Position numbers and translations under genes: made by a program
Notes under the pieces: generated by a model
The model's input: the letters and a program-made list of their open reading frames with translations, nothing else
What the model was told of the DNA's origin: nothing
Databases searched by the model: none
Source of the DNA: Raillietiella orientalis
Lineage: Eukaryota
DNA: 64,000 bases
Direction of reading: 5' to 3'
Assembly (NCBI GenBank): GCA_036172245.1
Contig: JAYWIR010000040.1
Span: 1,116,001 to 1,180,000, forward strand
Part shown: in pieces, positions 12,331 to 25,200 of the stretch
How positions within the stretch are numbered: the first letter of the stretch is position 1
Layout: each line of letters starts with the position of its first letter

Positions 12331-14378
12331 CGCGAATCCACGCAGCGACACCACTCACCACGCTCTTCAGGCAACTCGGATCGCCTCTCGAATGGAGCGT
12401 CGAGCAGCGGCGATGCCACCTGGCCGTGTCTCGGAGTGCCGGGGTCGAAGAAGGTGCATTGGATTGGCAGCAGGCGGCTCGGTGACTCCGCCGTGCTTCC
12501 CGCCCTGGCCTCTCCGACCTGCGCACGCTCAGCGCGAGACCCGCTCGCCTCCCTGGGAAGCGGGACGGGAGGAGTAACGGAACTGGACGCGCTACGAGCC
12601 GAAATGGATGCCCCGCGGGAAGTCGCCCGAGGGAAGGAGAAGGAGAGCAGGAAACGCATATGAATAGGGAACTCCCCCTGCCCTTCCAGCATGCGTCTCC
12701 GATTGATCTCTCTTTGTTCGATGTTGAGAGCATGGATCTCAATGCCCCGAATTCCGCCAACCTGCAGCGGCCTCCGCAAAAGCGTCAACCCCCCCACCCC
12801 CACCCCACTCGAAGTCCCGTGCTCGGAACGGAGGTTCTTCCCCGGAATAAAAGGAGGAGGAGTTGCGAATAGCTGTCAGATCGCACGTGAGAGGCCGAGG
12901 TGGCTCTTCCCATGTTGGACCGATGCTCCTGGCGAGAGTGCTCGATGTGATCCTCCTCGTCTCCGCCCGTCCCTCCTCCGTTCCGCTCGCTAACGAACAG
13001 TGCTTCTCCCTCCTTCGGCGCGCCTCTCCTCCATTCGAACTTGCCGGTAGCGCCGTCGCTCGAAGACGCAGCTTGAAAACCACCTTTCCTTCTGGTTGCG
13101 GGTAGACGGTGGTGAGCGGGAGAGCGCGAGCGGGCGCGACATAGCCGCACTGCATCCTCCCGTTCGTTCCTCAGTGGGCTTACGAGAACCTCCAGTAGGC
13201 GTCCAAAAACCGCGAAACTCAGATGAGAGCAGTCCTTTCCCAAGTGTCCGTTTGCTTCAGTTTGTGTGTGTCGGCTGTCGGCCCCGGAAGATTTGCCACT
13301 CTCGAATTCCCGCACGTTGACCCGCGTTTACTTAAGTACCCCAGGATGGTTAACTACTTAATGACTCGGCAGAACTCTCAAAAGGAAGATCTGCCTTCAT
13401 CGTTATGATCCTTCCACCAACAGATAGCGTCTGCGATGTTGGCTTCAGTGGGCCCATGTGGGCAATGCGGCATACTGACAATCTGTAGGGTGAGCATCTC
13501 AAAGCAAAACTACCATTTGCTCCCGGTTGCGGCCTTCGCTACTAGGGGAACGATGGAACCAAAGGTTGCTGCTCTCTAGCGAACCGATGCTGCAGAGTGG
13601 CCCGCCACAGTATACGACAGTGCGAGCCGTGACTACGCGCAAAATACACCTGAATTGGATCATATTCCTTCTTTACAATATATGTACAGTCACAGATTTC
13701 CCCAGCTCTGATCCAGAGATCCATCAGCCTCCGAAAAACAAAAGGGGGGAGGGAGCATTAAGCGAAGCCGCACCTTTTTTTGCTTTTTTGAAAAAGAAAG
13801 ATAGGCATATAAGGAGAGCACGAAAGTTACTGGGAAGCTGGATCTCTCTCTGCTCTCTGCTAGTCCAGATAAAAGGACGAGATGACTAGGGATGAAGAAC
13901 CATTTCCAATGCGTCGTCATGCAGGAAGCAACGAATTTCTTGTGCGTACAATGTCCGTTGGCACATGTGGCGCCATTGTGAGACTAAAAAAAAACTGCAA
14001 CTGTGTCACTTGGTGCATCCTTCGCCAAAAGCTGGCCTCCTCCTCCGAGGCACGTGCTCCGAAGAACGGAGAGCATACCGCCGCCATTGGATTGTCAAAA
14101 GAGGAGGAGGATCTTTCCTCTGTCGAAATTCATGCCCCAACTTGTTATAAAGTCGGGACAGCTGCGTGAGGTAGGTCCATCAAAGAAGTGTTCGATGTTT
14201 TGGAAAAGATGGAGGACCCGCGCTGAAAACAAGGGCTAAAAACGAACCACGGCAATCTGCTCAACCGTCACCGAGATGCTTATCATGTGCTGTGGCACTA
14301 ACACTGTACCTGTATGTTAAAAATTGCAGTCCCCATTTGCCGTGCAACCGATTCGGTTTGTCGAAACGAACCGTGGAC

Positions 14379-14401
14379 CACACACACACACACACACACA
14401 C
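14379..14401. repeat. (CA)n microsatellite
   Basis: Directly visible. (TA)n tracts also occur at ~15630-15650, ~18758-18777 and ~39139-39167. Confidence 0.9.
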
Positions 14402-15131
14402 TCTTCTGGCAAGCCTGTTTCACCAACTATGAACAGCTTTTCAACTCATCCCCGCACAGACACATAATTCAAAGAATGCACTTCGCCAACTTGGAAACTT
14501 CGAGTAAGATTACCTCCTTGCACCAAATGCCCCATGCACATGTGGGTTTTTTTGTTCAGCGCCTAAGACAAAAGGAATAAGAGGGATTGAAGAAATCAAA
14601 CACTCGGGCCGTCCCGAAAATTCATGAATGACATGCTTTTGGTTCTTTGCTCTTTCGTTTTGTTTTACAATTGTGCAAGATGTATTGCAGACATTTGTGC
14701 TCCTCGCACCCGCACATGTACACATCGGTACTCCCATGAAGTTTGCTGCATAAGAATTCCTTGATCTCCCCGAGGATCCAGTTGCTGTCTTCCTCCTCAA
14801 AGTCCTGCAATCACTTAAGCCATCCAGTGATCCCTTTGTGGTTATGCAGTGCCGTTTGGCGAGATCTCCTGCACGGTCGGAGAAGGAAATCAAAGCAACT
14901 CGCTTAAAGAGTGAAGAACCCAAGTGGCACCTGCAATCTCATTCAACGTTACAAACTGTTTTCACGTTTTCCCTACAGCTGGAAAAGCCCGGCCTCGTTT
15001 CCACCCCACTTTTCTAAAGGCCAGGAAGGTACGACTTGTTCCGACTGCCTTACTTCCGTTAAGGGCTTCCTCCTTTGAGTAACGGTCCCTGGCAGCTGGG
15101 TGGAAATTCTTCCACCTTTTGGATTTCGCCC

Positions 15132-15157
15132 TTACGTCACGTGGAGCTTTGACGTGG
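15132..15157. promoter_or_regulatory. Cluster of ACGT-core motifs upstream of carbonyl reductase (CRE/ATF-like, E-box, UPRE-like)
   Basis: TTACGTCA 15132-15139 overlaps GTCACGTG 15136-15143; TGACGTGG at 15150-15157; ~200 nt upstream of the ATG. Motif match only. Confidence 0.3.
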
Positions 15158-15342
15158 ATGGAATTCCTACTGTTCATTTGGCACGTAAAAAACGTGCGGG
15201 CAAGTGCATTCTCCTCCACGTTTTCCCATGCCGAGGTGATAACGTTGTTGGCTATCCGTTATCTCCGTTGCAACACTTCTTGCAGCCGCCTCTCGGGAGA
15301 TTCGTGTCCTCGGGGGTGCCTCCGCCGTCGCAGTCCGGCAAG

Positions 15343-16725
15343 ATGGAGCCCGCCGTCAGGGTGGCCGTGGTAAGGGATGCGTGCTTGTTTGTCAGGGAGC
15401 CTTCCAGGGATGACGTGACCTTTTTCTTCCCCCCTCCCCCTCCCCCGCACCCTCTTTTTTGCCTTTTTTCTTTTTTAATTATCCCGTCTCGATAACCAGG
15501 TAACTGGAGGGAACAAAGGAATCGGTTTTGCCATTACTCGGATTCTTTGCAAGGAGTTTGCTGGCCGGGTGTACCTCACAGCTCGAGATGAAGGAAGAGG
15601 CCGAACCGCCGTTGAAACTTTGGAAAAGGTATATATATATATATATATATTCCTTTCTTTCTTTCCTTTTTGCTTTCCTGGAGCCATATGCAAACGACTT
15701 GTGTGGATTTCGGTTCTTGCAACATTCCAGCAGTTTTTACACTTTTTGTTACATCTTGTATGGGGACAGTTATGAGATGGGAAGAATCGAAATTATTGTG
15801 CAATCATACAACTCTGCTTTCAGCAGGGGATGCATGCTCACTTTCATCAGCTGGACATAGATGAGCAAGAAAGCATCAACAGGTTTGCTCTTTACTTAAA
15901 AGAAAAGTATGGCGGACTGGATTGCCTGGTGAATAATGCAGCAATTGCCTTTCCGGTAAAGTGAATTTGTTCTTTTTGTTTTTTGTATCCATCTTAACAT
16001 CAAATAAAAAAAAATGGAAGGCTCTTTTCACACACTAATTGTCAGTTCCTGGCAGATCCATGCAACTGAAAATTTTGGCTATCAAGCAGAAAAGACCATT
16101 TCCACCAATTTTTATGGAACCCTAAATGTGTGTAATGCCCTTTTCCCTCTGCTGAGACCTCATGCTCGTGTTGTGAATGTTTCAAGTTGTGCCGGTTTCC
16201 TTCAAAGAATACCCGGGGAGAGTCTCAGGAAGGAACTCAGCTCACCCGACCTGACAACAGAAAAATTGTGTGAATTGATGGACAGTTTTGTCAAGTGAGT
16301 GCTTGTTTCCAGGAAATGCCAGCAAATCACCATCCAATTTCAGAACAGCAAAGAGTTCGACACATGCCGAGCATGGTTGGCCAGATTCTGCCTATGTTGT
16401 GTCTAAAGTTGGAGTAAGTGCACTAACACGAATTCAGCAGGCTGCATTTAACAAGGATCCACGCCCCGACATCATAGTAAATCATGTTCATCCAGGTTAT
16501 GTTGACACCGACATGACAAGTCACAAGGGGCACTTGACTATTGAACAGGGTAGGGAAGTGCAGCCCTTCTGGAAAGTGTTGCAGGCTGGTAATTTTGCAG
16601 GTGCTGAGGCTCCTGTGTATGTTGCCCTCTTGCCTGAAAATGTGTCAAGTCCAAAAGGAGATTACCTTTGGCATGATAAGCAGATTATAGACTGGGTGAA
16701 TGGTCCATTACCAGCACCATACTAA
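15343..16725 (+). CDS. CBR1: NADPH-dependent carbonyl reductase (classical SDR, CBR1/CBR3-like), 285 aa
   Basis: Exons 15343-15369, 15500-15628, 15824-15955, 16056-16294, 16344-16549, 16601-16725. Motifs: [12 protein letters not shown] (Rossmann), [34 protein letters not shown], catalytic [21 protein letters not shown] at 16871. Confidence 0.95.
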
Positions 16726-19525
16726 ATACGGAGAATCAGAATAACTTTATGTCTACACTTTTGCTACACTTTTGCAACAGTTTATTGAAAAAACTTGCAA
16801 ATCGTTCATCAAAAGTTTTTTTTTTCTTTTATTCTCTCTGGTGTCCATCTGGCAATCGTTTCTACATTTCATTAAAAGTATGTTTTTCAATGGAATCGGA
16901 TTGCACAAGTTTTTGGCATTGCAGAGATGAGTTTTGCCGACTGTTTGGTGTGATCGTGCCAAATTGATTATGCTTTTCTGAAACCAAAGATCTGCAAAAC
17001 CCTCATTGGTTCAGCATGAACCCTTCCTTTTCCAAATTGGTTTCATGAAAGCACTTTCAAATGGACCTCAACATTTTGAAATTGCTTTACGCGTTAGAAA
17101 CGGTAATTGGTAAATGAGGAAAATTTGGGGGCAAGAAACTGCACGTGCCGAAATCGCACTTTATAGAGTAACGAAGAAAGAGGAAACTTTCAGACTTCGT
17201 TCCGCCCGGGCACTGGCAGGAAGGCATGCAAGAAGGCGGGGGCCGCGCCCGGAACGATGGAGAACAAATTCATCTTTTTGGCACAAAGTGCCGATTTTAG
17301 TTGTGTTTCAGTGCTTGGCTTCAAATGGCGGACGCATGCTGAATACGCACCAGACGGGTTTATCTTATTCGGATTGCTTTCTTTCTGGTCATTAATGGTC
17401 TTCTTTGAGTAACAGTTTTTGATTTCGCCCCTATGCCCTATGGGGCATGGCGTGAATAGGTTCGAATACGCCGTGTACCGCTCCTCCGACTGTTACGGAG
17501 TTTGGATCTTTGTCGAAATGCTTTCGACCTAAAGAAGCCATCGACCTTGGTGTGCAGTGCAATTCACCATGAATTCGAATGAAAGAAATGTCGACGCGTG
17601 TCCGTTCTCGGGAGTGTGGCCCTTGTGCTGTCGATGCCGATGGCAGGGTCAACCTCCAGCAACCCGGAAGCACCACCGGATGGCCACGAGGTTTTTTTTT
17701 TCAAGAATTCCGCGGGAGGCGTTGTGCGTCAGCCGCCGAAGCCATTATATGGATCATTCCTCTGAAGGATTCTGCAACCTCGAACGCAAGAGACGAGTAG
17801 ATCTTTCGTTAAGTGAACGATCAGCTAGTTGCCCGGAACAGGAAATTCCTAGGTTCCCTGTTCCAGGCGATCCAGGTTGTTTTTGCACATTTTTGTTTTC
17901 TTTTTCTGTCTTCGTTCAAAAGGAATACTCTTTGTTGTTGGCACCTCTGCGATCCTTCCACGTGAAAATTTTTCGCATTTGAAGAGAACGAAATTCCGAT
18001 TCCGCCGGCGCCTAGCAACGAAAGAGTTCAAAGAGACACGTACTTTCAGCTGTGCTTATACGTCCCCCCCCCCCCCCCCCCCCATCAGGTCGGGAGACAG
18101 CGGCATCCGCTCGCGTGCACGTGAAGGTACGCGAACTTCTTCCGGTAGCTGCACACGCACCGCAGCCAGCATCCCAGTTGCCCCCGCAACGTTGGCTGGC
18201 ATTCCGTTGCGGAAATCGGCACTGTCCTAACACTGCCTGAGGCCTCATGTGAGCCGAACCCAACCTGACGTTGTTTCTCCGCATCTTTCGCATCCGGTGC
18301 AGATTTTCACAGACTCCTCCCGGATCCTTGCGAAAGTACCGGAAAGCATTGGACGAAGAAACGTCTTCTGTGTGGCGCTTGCGCAGCATCGTTTGCTGGA
18401 GTTGTTAGGGACGTTTTTGGTTCCGTTTTGCTATTGCAACACTCGGAATCGTTAAGAATTGATGGAGCACTCTGCTGCGTTCCTCATCTTTAGTAAAATT
18501 ACTGACTTCAGATGTGCATCAGGTATGCTCCACAGATGATCGATAGCTCCCCGAAGCATCTGCGTTTTTCGATCTGGTGTGCACAGCTAAACTGAGCTGC
18601 GCTCGCCAAGTCACTCGATTTCTCGAAATTTAACTGAAAGTGGATCCGGGATTTCTATCAGGCTCTCTAGCAGCCCGGTGCTATAAAGACGGCAGCACCT
18701 CTAGTTCTCTTGAAAATTTGGAGCCACTTTGCCATCCACGGTTTATATATACATGTGTATATATATATATATATATAAATTCAAATGTTGTAAGCTATCA
18801 TTATGCAAATTTAGTAAATGAGTGAATTCCTACTTTGTTTTGTCTTTGTGCATTTATTTTTTTGCTTTTCATCTTCCCATCTGTAAACGACCTGAGTGTC
18901 GGTGGACCCTCCAGACGAACTTCTTTTTGTTTTCCTGTTTGGGGAACTGAGTTCCCAACTTGTTTGTTTGTCTTTTGGATAAAATGAACGAGCGCCCCCG
19001 GCGTCACCGGGTGAAGGAAAGCTGCAAGACTTGCTCGCCCTCGCTTGCGCCAGGTCACGAGCTTCACGACTCTTGGAAGTTTTGAAAATGATGATGCGAC
19101 GTCCCATCAGTGTATCCTCCACGTCGGCCGGAGTTGATGCCGTGCAGATCGTGCGCGAGCAGCGACCAGTGTGCAGAGCGACCAGAGAGGAGATCCCAAT
19201 GATGGAAGGCTGACAAGAGCAGCGGCAGTCCTCTGAACTCGTCGCGGAGAGCGATCGAAAATTCATTCATACTTCTTTCCCCTGAGCGATCTCCTTGTCC
19301 ATCCATTCGCCTACCACGCGACCGTTGTGTCAGGAGACCAGATGGACACGACGCGTAGAACAGACCTCTGTACCTAACAACCCGCCTGTCTTTGCGCTGC
19401 AATTGCGGTCTTTGACGGTGGGTTCAAGTTTGCACCAAGAAATCCTGTCTACACCTCTCCTCAGAGTTCTTGTTCTCTGCGTGCATCCTTTCTCGACGAC
19501 CCTTCTTCATTGCATTCGATTCCTC

Positions 19526-19702
19526 TCGCCCCTGCTATTCCTTCCTTCCTTCCCTCCTCGTATCTCTTCTCCCTTTTTCTTCCTCGCCGCGGGCCGGACC
19601 TCCCGAAAGTAGGGGGCCTTCGGGAGGTCGCCGATCGCTGCGGGTAGGCTCTGCGGCGCGAGCGTCGGTGGTCTCGCGGCGCCTTCGCCGCAGGGCGTCC
19701 CT
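19526..19702 (+). repeat. Dispersed direct repeat, copy 1 (~175 nt, pyrimidine tract plus two hairpins)
   Basis: Near-identical to 22052-22217 by direct comparison. Confidence 0.9.
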
Positions 19703-22051
19703 CTCGCCCTTATGTGGTTGAACGCCAGAGGCATTATTAAACACTTACGTACACATATCCAAGATATACATACACCTGAACGTGTCTCAAGATCGCGCCT
19801 CTTTGAGACCTGATTCTTTGCGGGCGGGAAAGGGAGGCGCCACAGAAGCCAAGGGGATGCCCAGCAGCAGGCGCAGGCGCGACGGACGCCGTACGGGCGG
19901 GGCGGTCCGACGACCAGGAACAACCGGGTGAAGAGGCGGGAGGTTTGTGCCGCTGCAGGGCAGGCAGCACCGCCTCGCAGTCCAGCTCCGCCGTGGACGC
20001 CTGTTGACCGGGTGCTCCCTCCTCAACTCCTTGAGCAATCTACTTCTCGAGAAGAAGAAGGAAGGCGTGGAGGAGATCGGAGAAGCCATCCCTTCCCCGA
20101 AGGATAGAGGAGGAGTGACAGAGTTCATTCCGACGATGCGCCGTGAGGCAACTGTGAAGACCACAAAGCGGCGGCAGCGAAGAGTACCACTCCTGCTTGT
20201 GCTTCCTGTCCTGGGTTGCCATGATGGGAAGGGAGGGGGGAGGGGAAGCATCATGGCCACGCCGACATCGTGCATTTGTTCGGTGGACGGGTGAAGGTGG
20301 ACCGGCGCGCAGGGAAAGGGACGCGGCATGCATGCAAGAAGCATCTTGCATGCCTGGGGGCTACCGCTCTACTAAGGGGTGGGGTGAGGAGACGGCGGAG
20401 GAAGAGATAGAAAGCAGCTTACAGGGAATTTCCGCGGAGCCACCTACTGTTGCAGTCCACAGGGAGAGACCCAAAGGACTTGCCTCGGGGAGGGAAGGGT
20501 CTTAGCCCTCCAAACCCCACTTGCCGTGGCCTCCTCCTGGAAGAAAAAAGGAAGTCCGAGGAAGTAGTCCCTTCGACAGGGCATGCCCCCCGGGAACGAG
20601 GAAAAGCGAGGTTCATTCGCTTTCATTCCCCCTCAGAACTCAGGGGGAGGGAAGACTGGAAGCGCCTGCCTCTCTCCTTCCCGCATTGCCTCGGCGGAAA
20701 GCGGGATGCCGTTCGGGGAAGGGTTTGGCAGTCACGAGGAACGGCAGCGGTGTGAGGCGAAAGTTTGTTAGTTGGGATGCTGCCTTGCAGATGGCAGGAG
20801 AGGCACCATCATTCTTTCACGCCCTAACGGTAAAAGCCACCTAGAGGTAGAGACGAGGAGGCGAGGCAAGACTCCTGCCCGCATTGCCTAGGGATAGAGA
20901 CTGGAGTCATCTCTGGATTTCGCACTCACCTCCCCCCTTCCAGGAGAAAACCCTCCGAATCCAGGGAGCAAGAACTCCGTTAAGCACGTGTCCGCCGCCT
21001 GTCTCCGTTGGTACAGGAGCTAAGGCGCGCGCGGGACCCTCCGCTGCCTCCCACCGCGCGGTAGAGTCGGCTGTTTCAAGAAAGGGCAGGAAGGAGGCCC
21101 TGACAGCCGCGCGTTTCCAAGGAGACCCGTGCGTCCTGAGGACGCGGACCGCCTCCGTCTTTGCTTTCACCTCGCGGGGATCGGCCGAACGGTGGGCGCG
21201 GCGACGCCGCTCCAGAAAGGGAGCTTGGACAGTCACCGCCATGTGTCCCCGACGGCTCTGAATCACCGTCCGCGGAGGAGCGACTGCCGTCCCCTCGGCA
21301 ACCGCCTCCGGGCGAAGACCCCTTCCGCTCCGTTCTTTTCTATGGACGCCGCTTGCCAGGCGGGGGGGACGAGGGGCAGAGACATTCCTGCCCTCCCCCT
21401 CTTCTTCTCACAGCTCCTCGTCTTTCTTCCTCGGCCCCTCCTCAGCTCCTTCCTCCTCCTCCTACCATTCCCTTCTGCGTCCTCCCCCTCCTCGACCCAC
21501 TCCGTGCCCGCGCACAACCCGCGTCGCCGAGTGGCGGAAGAGCTACCGCGGCAACGCGGGAGGCCCGCAAAGATGGCGGCGGCGGCGTTCGCCGAGTCTT
21601 TCAGGCGCGGGGTCGCAGCCGCTCGACCTCAGGTGGTCCCTGGAGCCGAGCTTACATGTGCGCACGTGCCTGGCCCTCGGAGGTCTAGGACTGCGCGCCG
21701 TCTTCTCGAAGTGCGCGCGCGTCCAGCAGAAAGAGGCGCCAATTCGCAGCGGTGGTGCCTGAGCGTTGCTCGGAGACGGCCAAGGCGACTTCACCACCCT
21801 TTCCCAGCCTTCTCTCGGGAGCGGTTCCCGCGCTTTCCTCGCGATCAAAGACCGGAGCTTCCCGGCAACCCTCTCGAGTGCGCGCAAGCATCCTTCCCCC
21901 TCCTTTCCACTTTCCCTACTATCCCCCGTGCCCTTCCCGACGGTGCGCCCTCGGCCGGAAGCGACTGCGCGGACCACTGCACGATCCAAGGTCCCGATGG
22001 CCCGCGGCGGGCTTCCCGCTGGCTGCGATGTCGCTCGTCAAAGTGCCGCTG

Positions 22052-22217
22052 TCGCCCCCGCTATTCCTCCGCTATTCCTTCCTTCCTTCCCTCCTCGTAT
22101 CTCTTCTCCCTTTTTCTTCCTCGCCGCGGGCCGGACGTCCCGAAAGTAGGGGGCCTTCGGGAAGGTCGCCGATCGCTGCGGGTAGGCTCTGCGGCGCCTT
22201 CGCCGCAGGGCGTCCCT
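22052..22217 (+). repeat. Dispersed direct repeat, copy 2
   Basis: Matches 19526-19702 apart from an 11-nt tandem duplication at the 5' end, a few point changes, and a 23-nt deletion between GCGGCGC microhomologies. Confidence 0.9.
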
Positions 22218-25200
22218 GTCGTCGCCGCTACGAGAGGAAAGAGAGGAGAAGAGGACCAGACCCCCGGGAGAGGCGTCGGGCTCCAGCTTCCTCCCCTCCC
22301 CATCCGCCACCCCTCGGCTAGCGACGTGAGGCGGCTCGAAGTCCGACGGTCGTTCCTTTGGAGACGCGTCGGCGCCGCTCCCCTCGGGCGGAGGGACACA
22401 GGGAGCCTCGCCCGGGACCCTCGAACCGGGATGCCTTTCGGAAAGGAGGTCGCCGTCCGGAAGTCGCTGCCGTCTTCGGGACGGCGGAGGCGGTTCCGAG
22501 CGCGTCTCCAGGAGAATCGCCTCGGCCTGGCTGGCAGGGTGCGCCAACAGCGGGCAGCGCTCTACCCCTCCTCCGCGTTGCTGGCGACCGACCTCCGGGA
22601 TGTTGCAAGCGTTCCTACCTCAGGAAGCGGTATCTTACGGCACCCCCACCCCAACTGCTCCCCCCCTCCTCCGCCTCTGCGGTCGCGCGAGCGCCACCTA
22701 CTGGTCGGAGGAGCTGAATGAGCGCATTTGGTCCTCGGCAGCTGCCACGCTGCTGCTGCTGCTGGCGTGGCCCCCGAAACGCCGCCCTTCTGCAGCTTTC
22801 GGCTGCACAGCCGAGACTTGGCGAAGGAGAGAAGGGGGTGGGGGTGGGGAGGTTGCTGCTGCTGCAGAGCTGCCTCTGCCACCCAGCAGCTTTGCCTGCC
22901 CCACGAGGGAAGTCCTTTCGCACGTGCCGCGCATGCGCACCCTGCAGGTTTCCCGCCAAGGAGGCGGGAAGGGAAAGGGCGCGGGCATCCATTCTCGAGA
23001 CTGCAGTCCACCCGACTTTCCTCGCACCTTCTCCTCCCCTCTCAGACGTTGTCTGAGGAACTCCCGTCATCCCGGATTCCAGACGAAGAAAAAACAAACA
23101 AACAGCAGCAGCAGTAGGACGAAAAAAACAAAACAAAAAAAGGAAGGACGGGGAAGAAAGCGTGCGCTTCCTGGACAAAAGGGGACCGCGAACGGGAAGC
23201 GCACAATTCGCGGAGGAACCTCCGAGTACTCGAAAAGGGGGAGCACAATCGCGCGGTGTCAAGGAAACGCGGGGAAGGGACGATTTATTCCTCGGGGGAT
23301 GCGGCGGCGTGCATCGCGTCGACGACCCTGCCGACGACCCTGCCGCCGGCGAGGGCGGGGGAGCAGCGGCGGGGCGAAACGAATTCCACGAGCGGGAGCG
23401 AGGAGGAGGAAAGAAGGAAGGGAGGGAGGCGGTGATGCCACGGTTTTCCTCTGCACGGGTGTGGCGCCGCCTTCCCCATCCCCCGTTTCCTCCCGGCTCC
23501 CCTTCCGGAGGAGGAGAACGACCGAAGGGTGGCACCCATTCTCTCGAATCTCACCCTCGAGTTTGCTCGTCTTCCCTCCGGCAGTGGCTCATCAGTCGAG
23601 CCCTCCTTTCCTTCCTCCCCTTCCATTCCCACGCATTGCCGCGGACAGCAGGAAGGCGGTACGTGATGATGCTGAGGAGGAACGGAGAAGAGAGAGGGAG
23701 GAAGAGAAGGAGAAAGAAGGGGGGAGGAGGAGGAGAAGGAAGAAGGGAGGAGGAAGAAGGGAAGAATGCGCGTCCCTGTTCCTCGGGTTCCAACAGCCCG
23801 TTTCTCGCAAAGGAACGCGTCTGGTCACGACATGTCCTGTCATTTTCCCTCCACACCCTCCTTCCCACCTTCTCTCACTCTCCCATCTGGGCCGCTCAGG
23901 GAATTCTTCGCCGTCTGCGCCGCCCCCTAGCCGACAACTGTCCGCGCGCTCCCGACCTGAAGACGCGCCGCGCAGGCGCGCTCGCCGGTCTCCCGAGAAG
24001 GGGCGTCCGGTCGTGTAGAGGGCACGCGCGCCCGCCCCACCGGTTCACCTGCATGCCGAGGCGACTCTGCGGGCTTGCGTGCCGAGCAGTACGCGGCGAC
24101 CTCGGGAACGTGCGCCACCTGACCGTGCCTTCCCACTTCCTTAACCGCCGCATACGTTGGCGTGCCCTTGCTTCAATCGGTGCTCGCGCGCGAGTGCACG
24201 CCGTGGACGGCTGCAGATGCCTCCACCAGGAGGTGCGCTCGCTCACAGGTGCACGAGCATGAACACGCGACGTGCGCGCGTGAACACGGCGTGTCCGTAC
24301 ACATGCTGCACGCTTGGAGAGCGGACGCAGGCGCGTCTTGCGCACCCACAGGCATCGTGCAAGGAGGAAAGCAAGTCGGGAGAGCCTCCGAGCTCCAGTG
24401 GCGCTCCCGTCGCCTACCCCGTTTGCTAGTGAAGGAGACAGCGACCTCGGTTGCGGCACAAGGCGGCGCTGAAGAAAAAGATCGTCCTCCCTCTCCGACG
24501 CATAGGAGAGGGCAGCACCGTGCTCGCTACCTCCCGATTCACGGGGCTCCGCGCTCTTCCTGCATTCCACCGTTTCATTAAGCTTCTCCTTGAAGCACGC
24601 TTTGGACGGGCACTCTTGAATAGCACAGCGGGGAAGACAGGAAACGGGACTACTCAAAAACAACGAAGGGGAATTCTCCGCGCGGCGAAAGACCGCGACA
24701 TTTTCGGGGCGGCTGCTGCTGGCTGACTGGCGCTCTCGCTGTCGTCAGCATTTCCTCTCTCCGTTCTCACGGCCGTTCACGGACACTGCGAAAACGCCGC
24801 AAGTGATCGGACGTTGGGCCGGTCACTCGAAGGGTTCTGCCGTTCCTCACGGCCGTCGGAAGTACTCAGACGTTGTTGCCTCGATCGCCGTGGAAACTTC
24901 TCCGTCCTGTCCCCGTGGGGAGTTTGCCGGGATCGAGATCGTCCCCCGCCTTGTAACGGGAAGCTGGTCCATCAAGGAAGTTCCTGTGGCTGGAGCCGCA
25001 TTGAAACGATGATCTGGAACAACCGCCTCCGGGATTAGCAGGAGTGACCTCCCAGCATTGGACTCGGGAAGGTCCTACAAACACGCGAACCGTTGGGGAC
25101 CCTGTGCGTGCGTGTGTTTTTCATCTCTTTCTTCATCGGAGCCCAACAAACACCAAAGTTCAGCAGAAGCAGCCTCGCCACAGAGGATTATGGGTTGCAC

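Noticed and set aside
16020..16036. GGCTCTTTTCA resembling a histone 3' stem-loop
   Set aside because: The 3' arm (GAGCC) is absent, and it lies in a CBR intron.
17444..17480. GGTTCGAAT B-box-like motif in a small hairpin (tRNA/SINE?)
   Set aside because: No A-box at proper spacing and no cloverleaf.
20330..20353. 10-bp perfect hairpin GCATGCAAGA-AGCA-TCTTGCATGC (Helitron 3' end?)
   Set aside because: No CTRR terminus at the expected spacing and no other Helitron hallmark; plausible by chance in 64 kb.
21129..24262. Long ORFs of 530, 472 and 366 aa (and similar 250-380 aa ORFs at 25-38 kb and 55-63 kb)
   Set aside because: Low-complexity R/G/P/S/A composition, overlapping on both strands, crossing homopolymers and microsatellites, with no domain motifs. 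Expected from stop-codon scarcity in GC-rich DNA.
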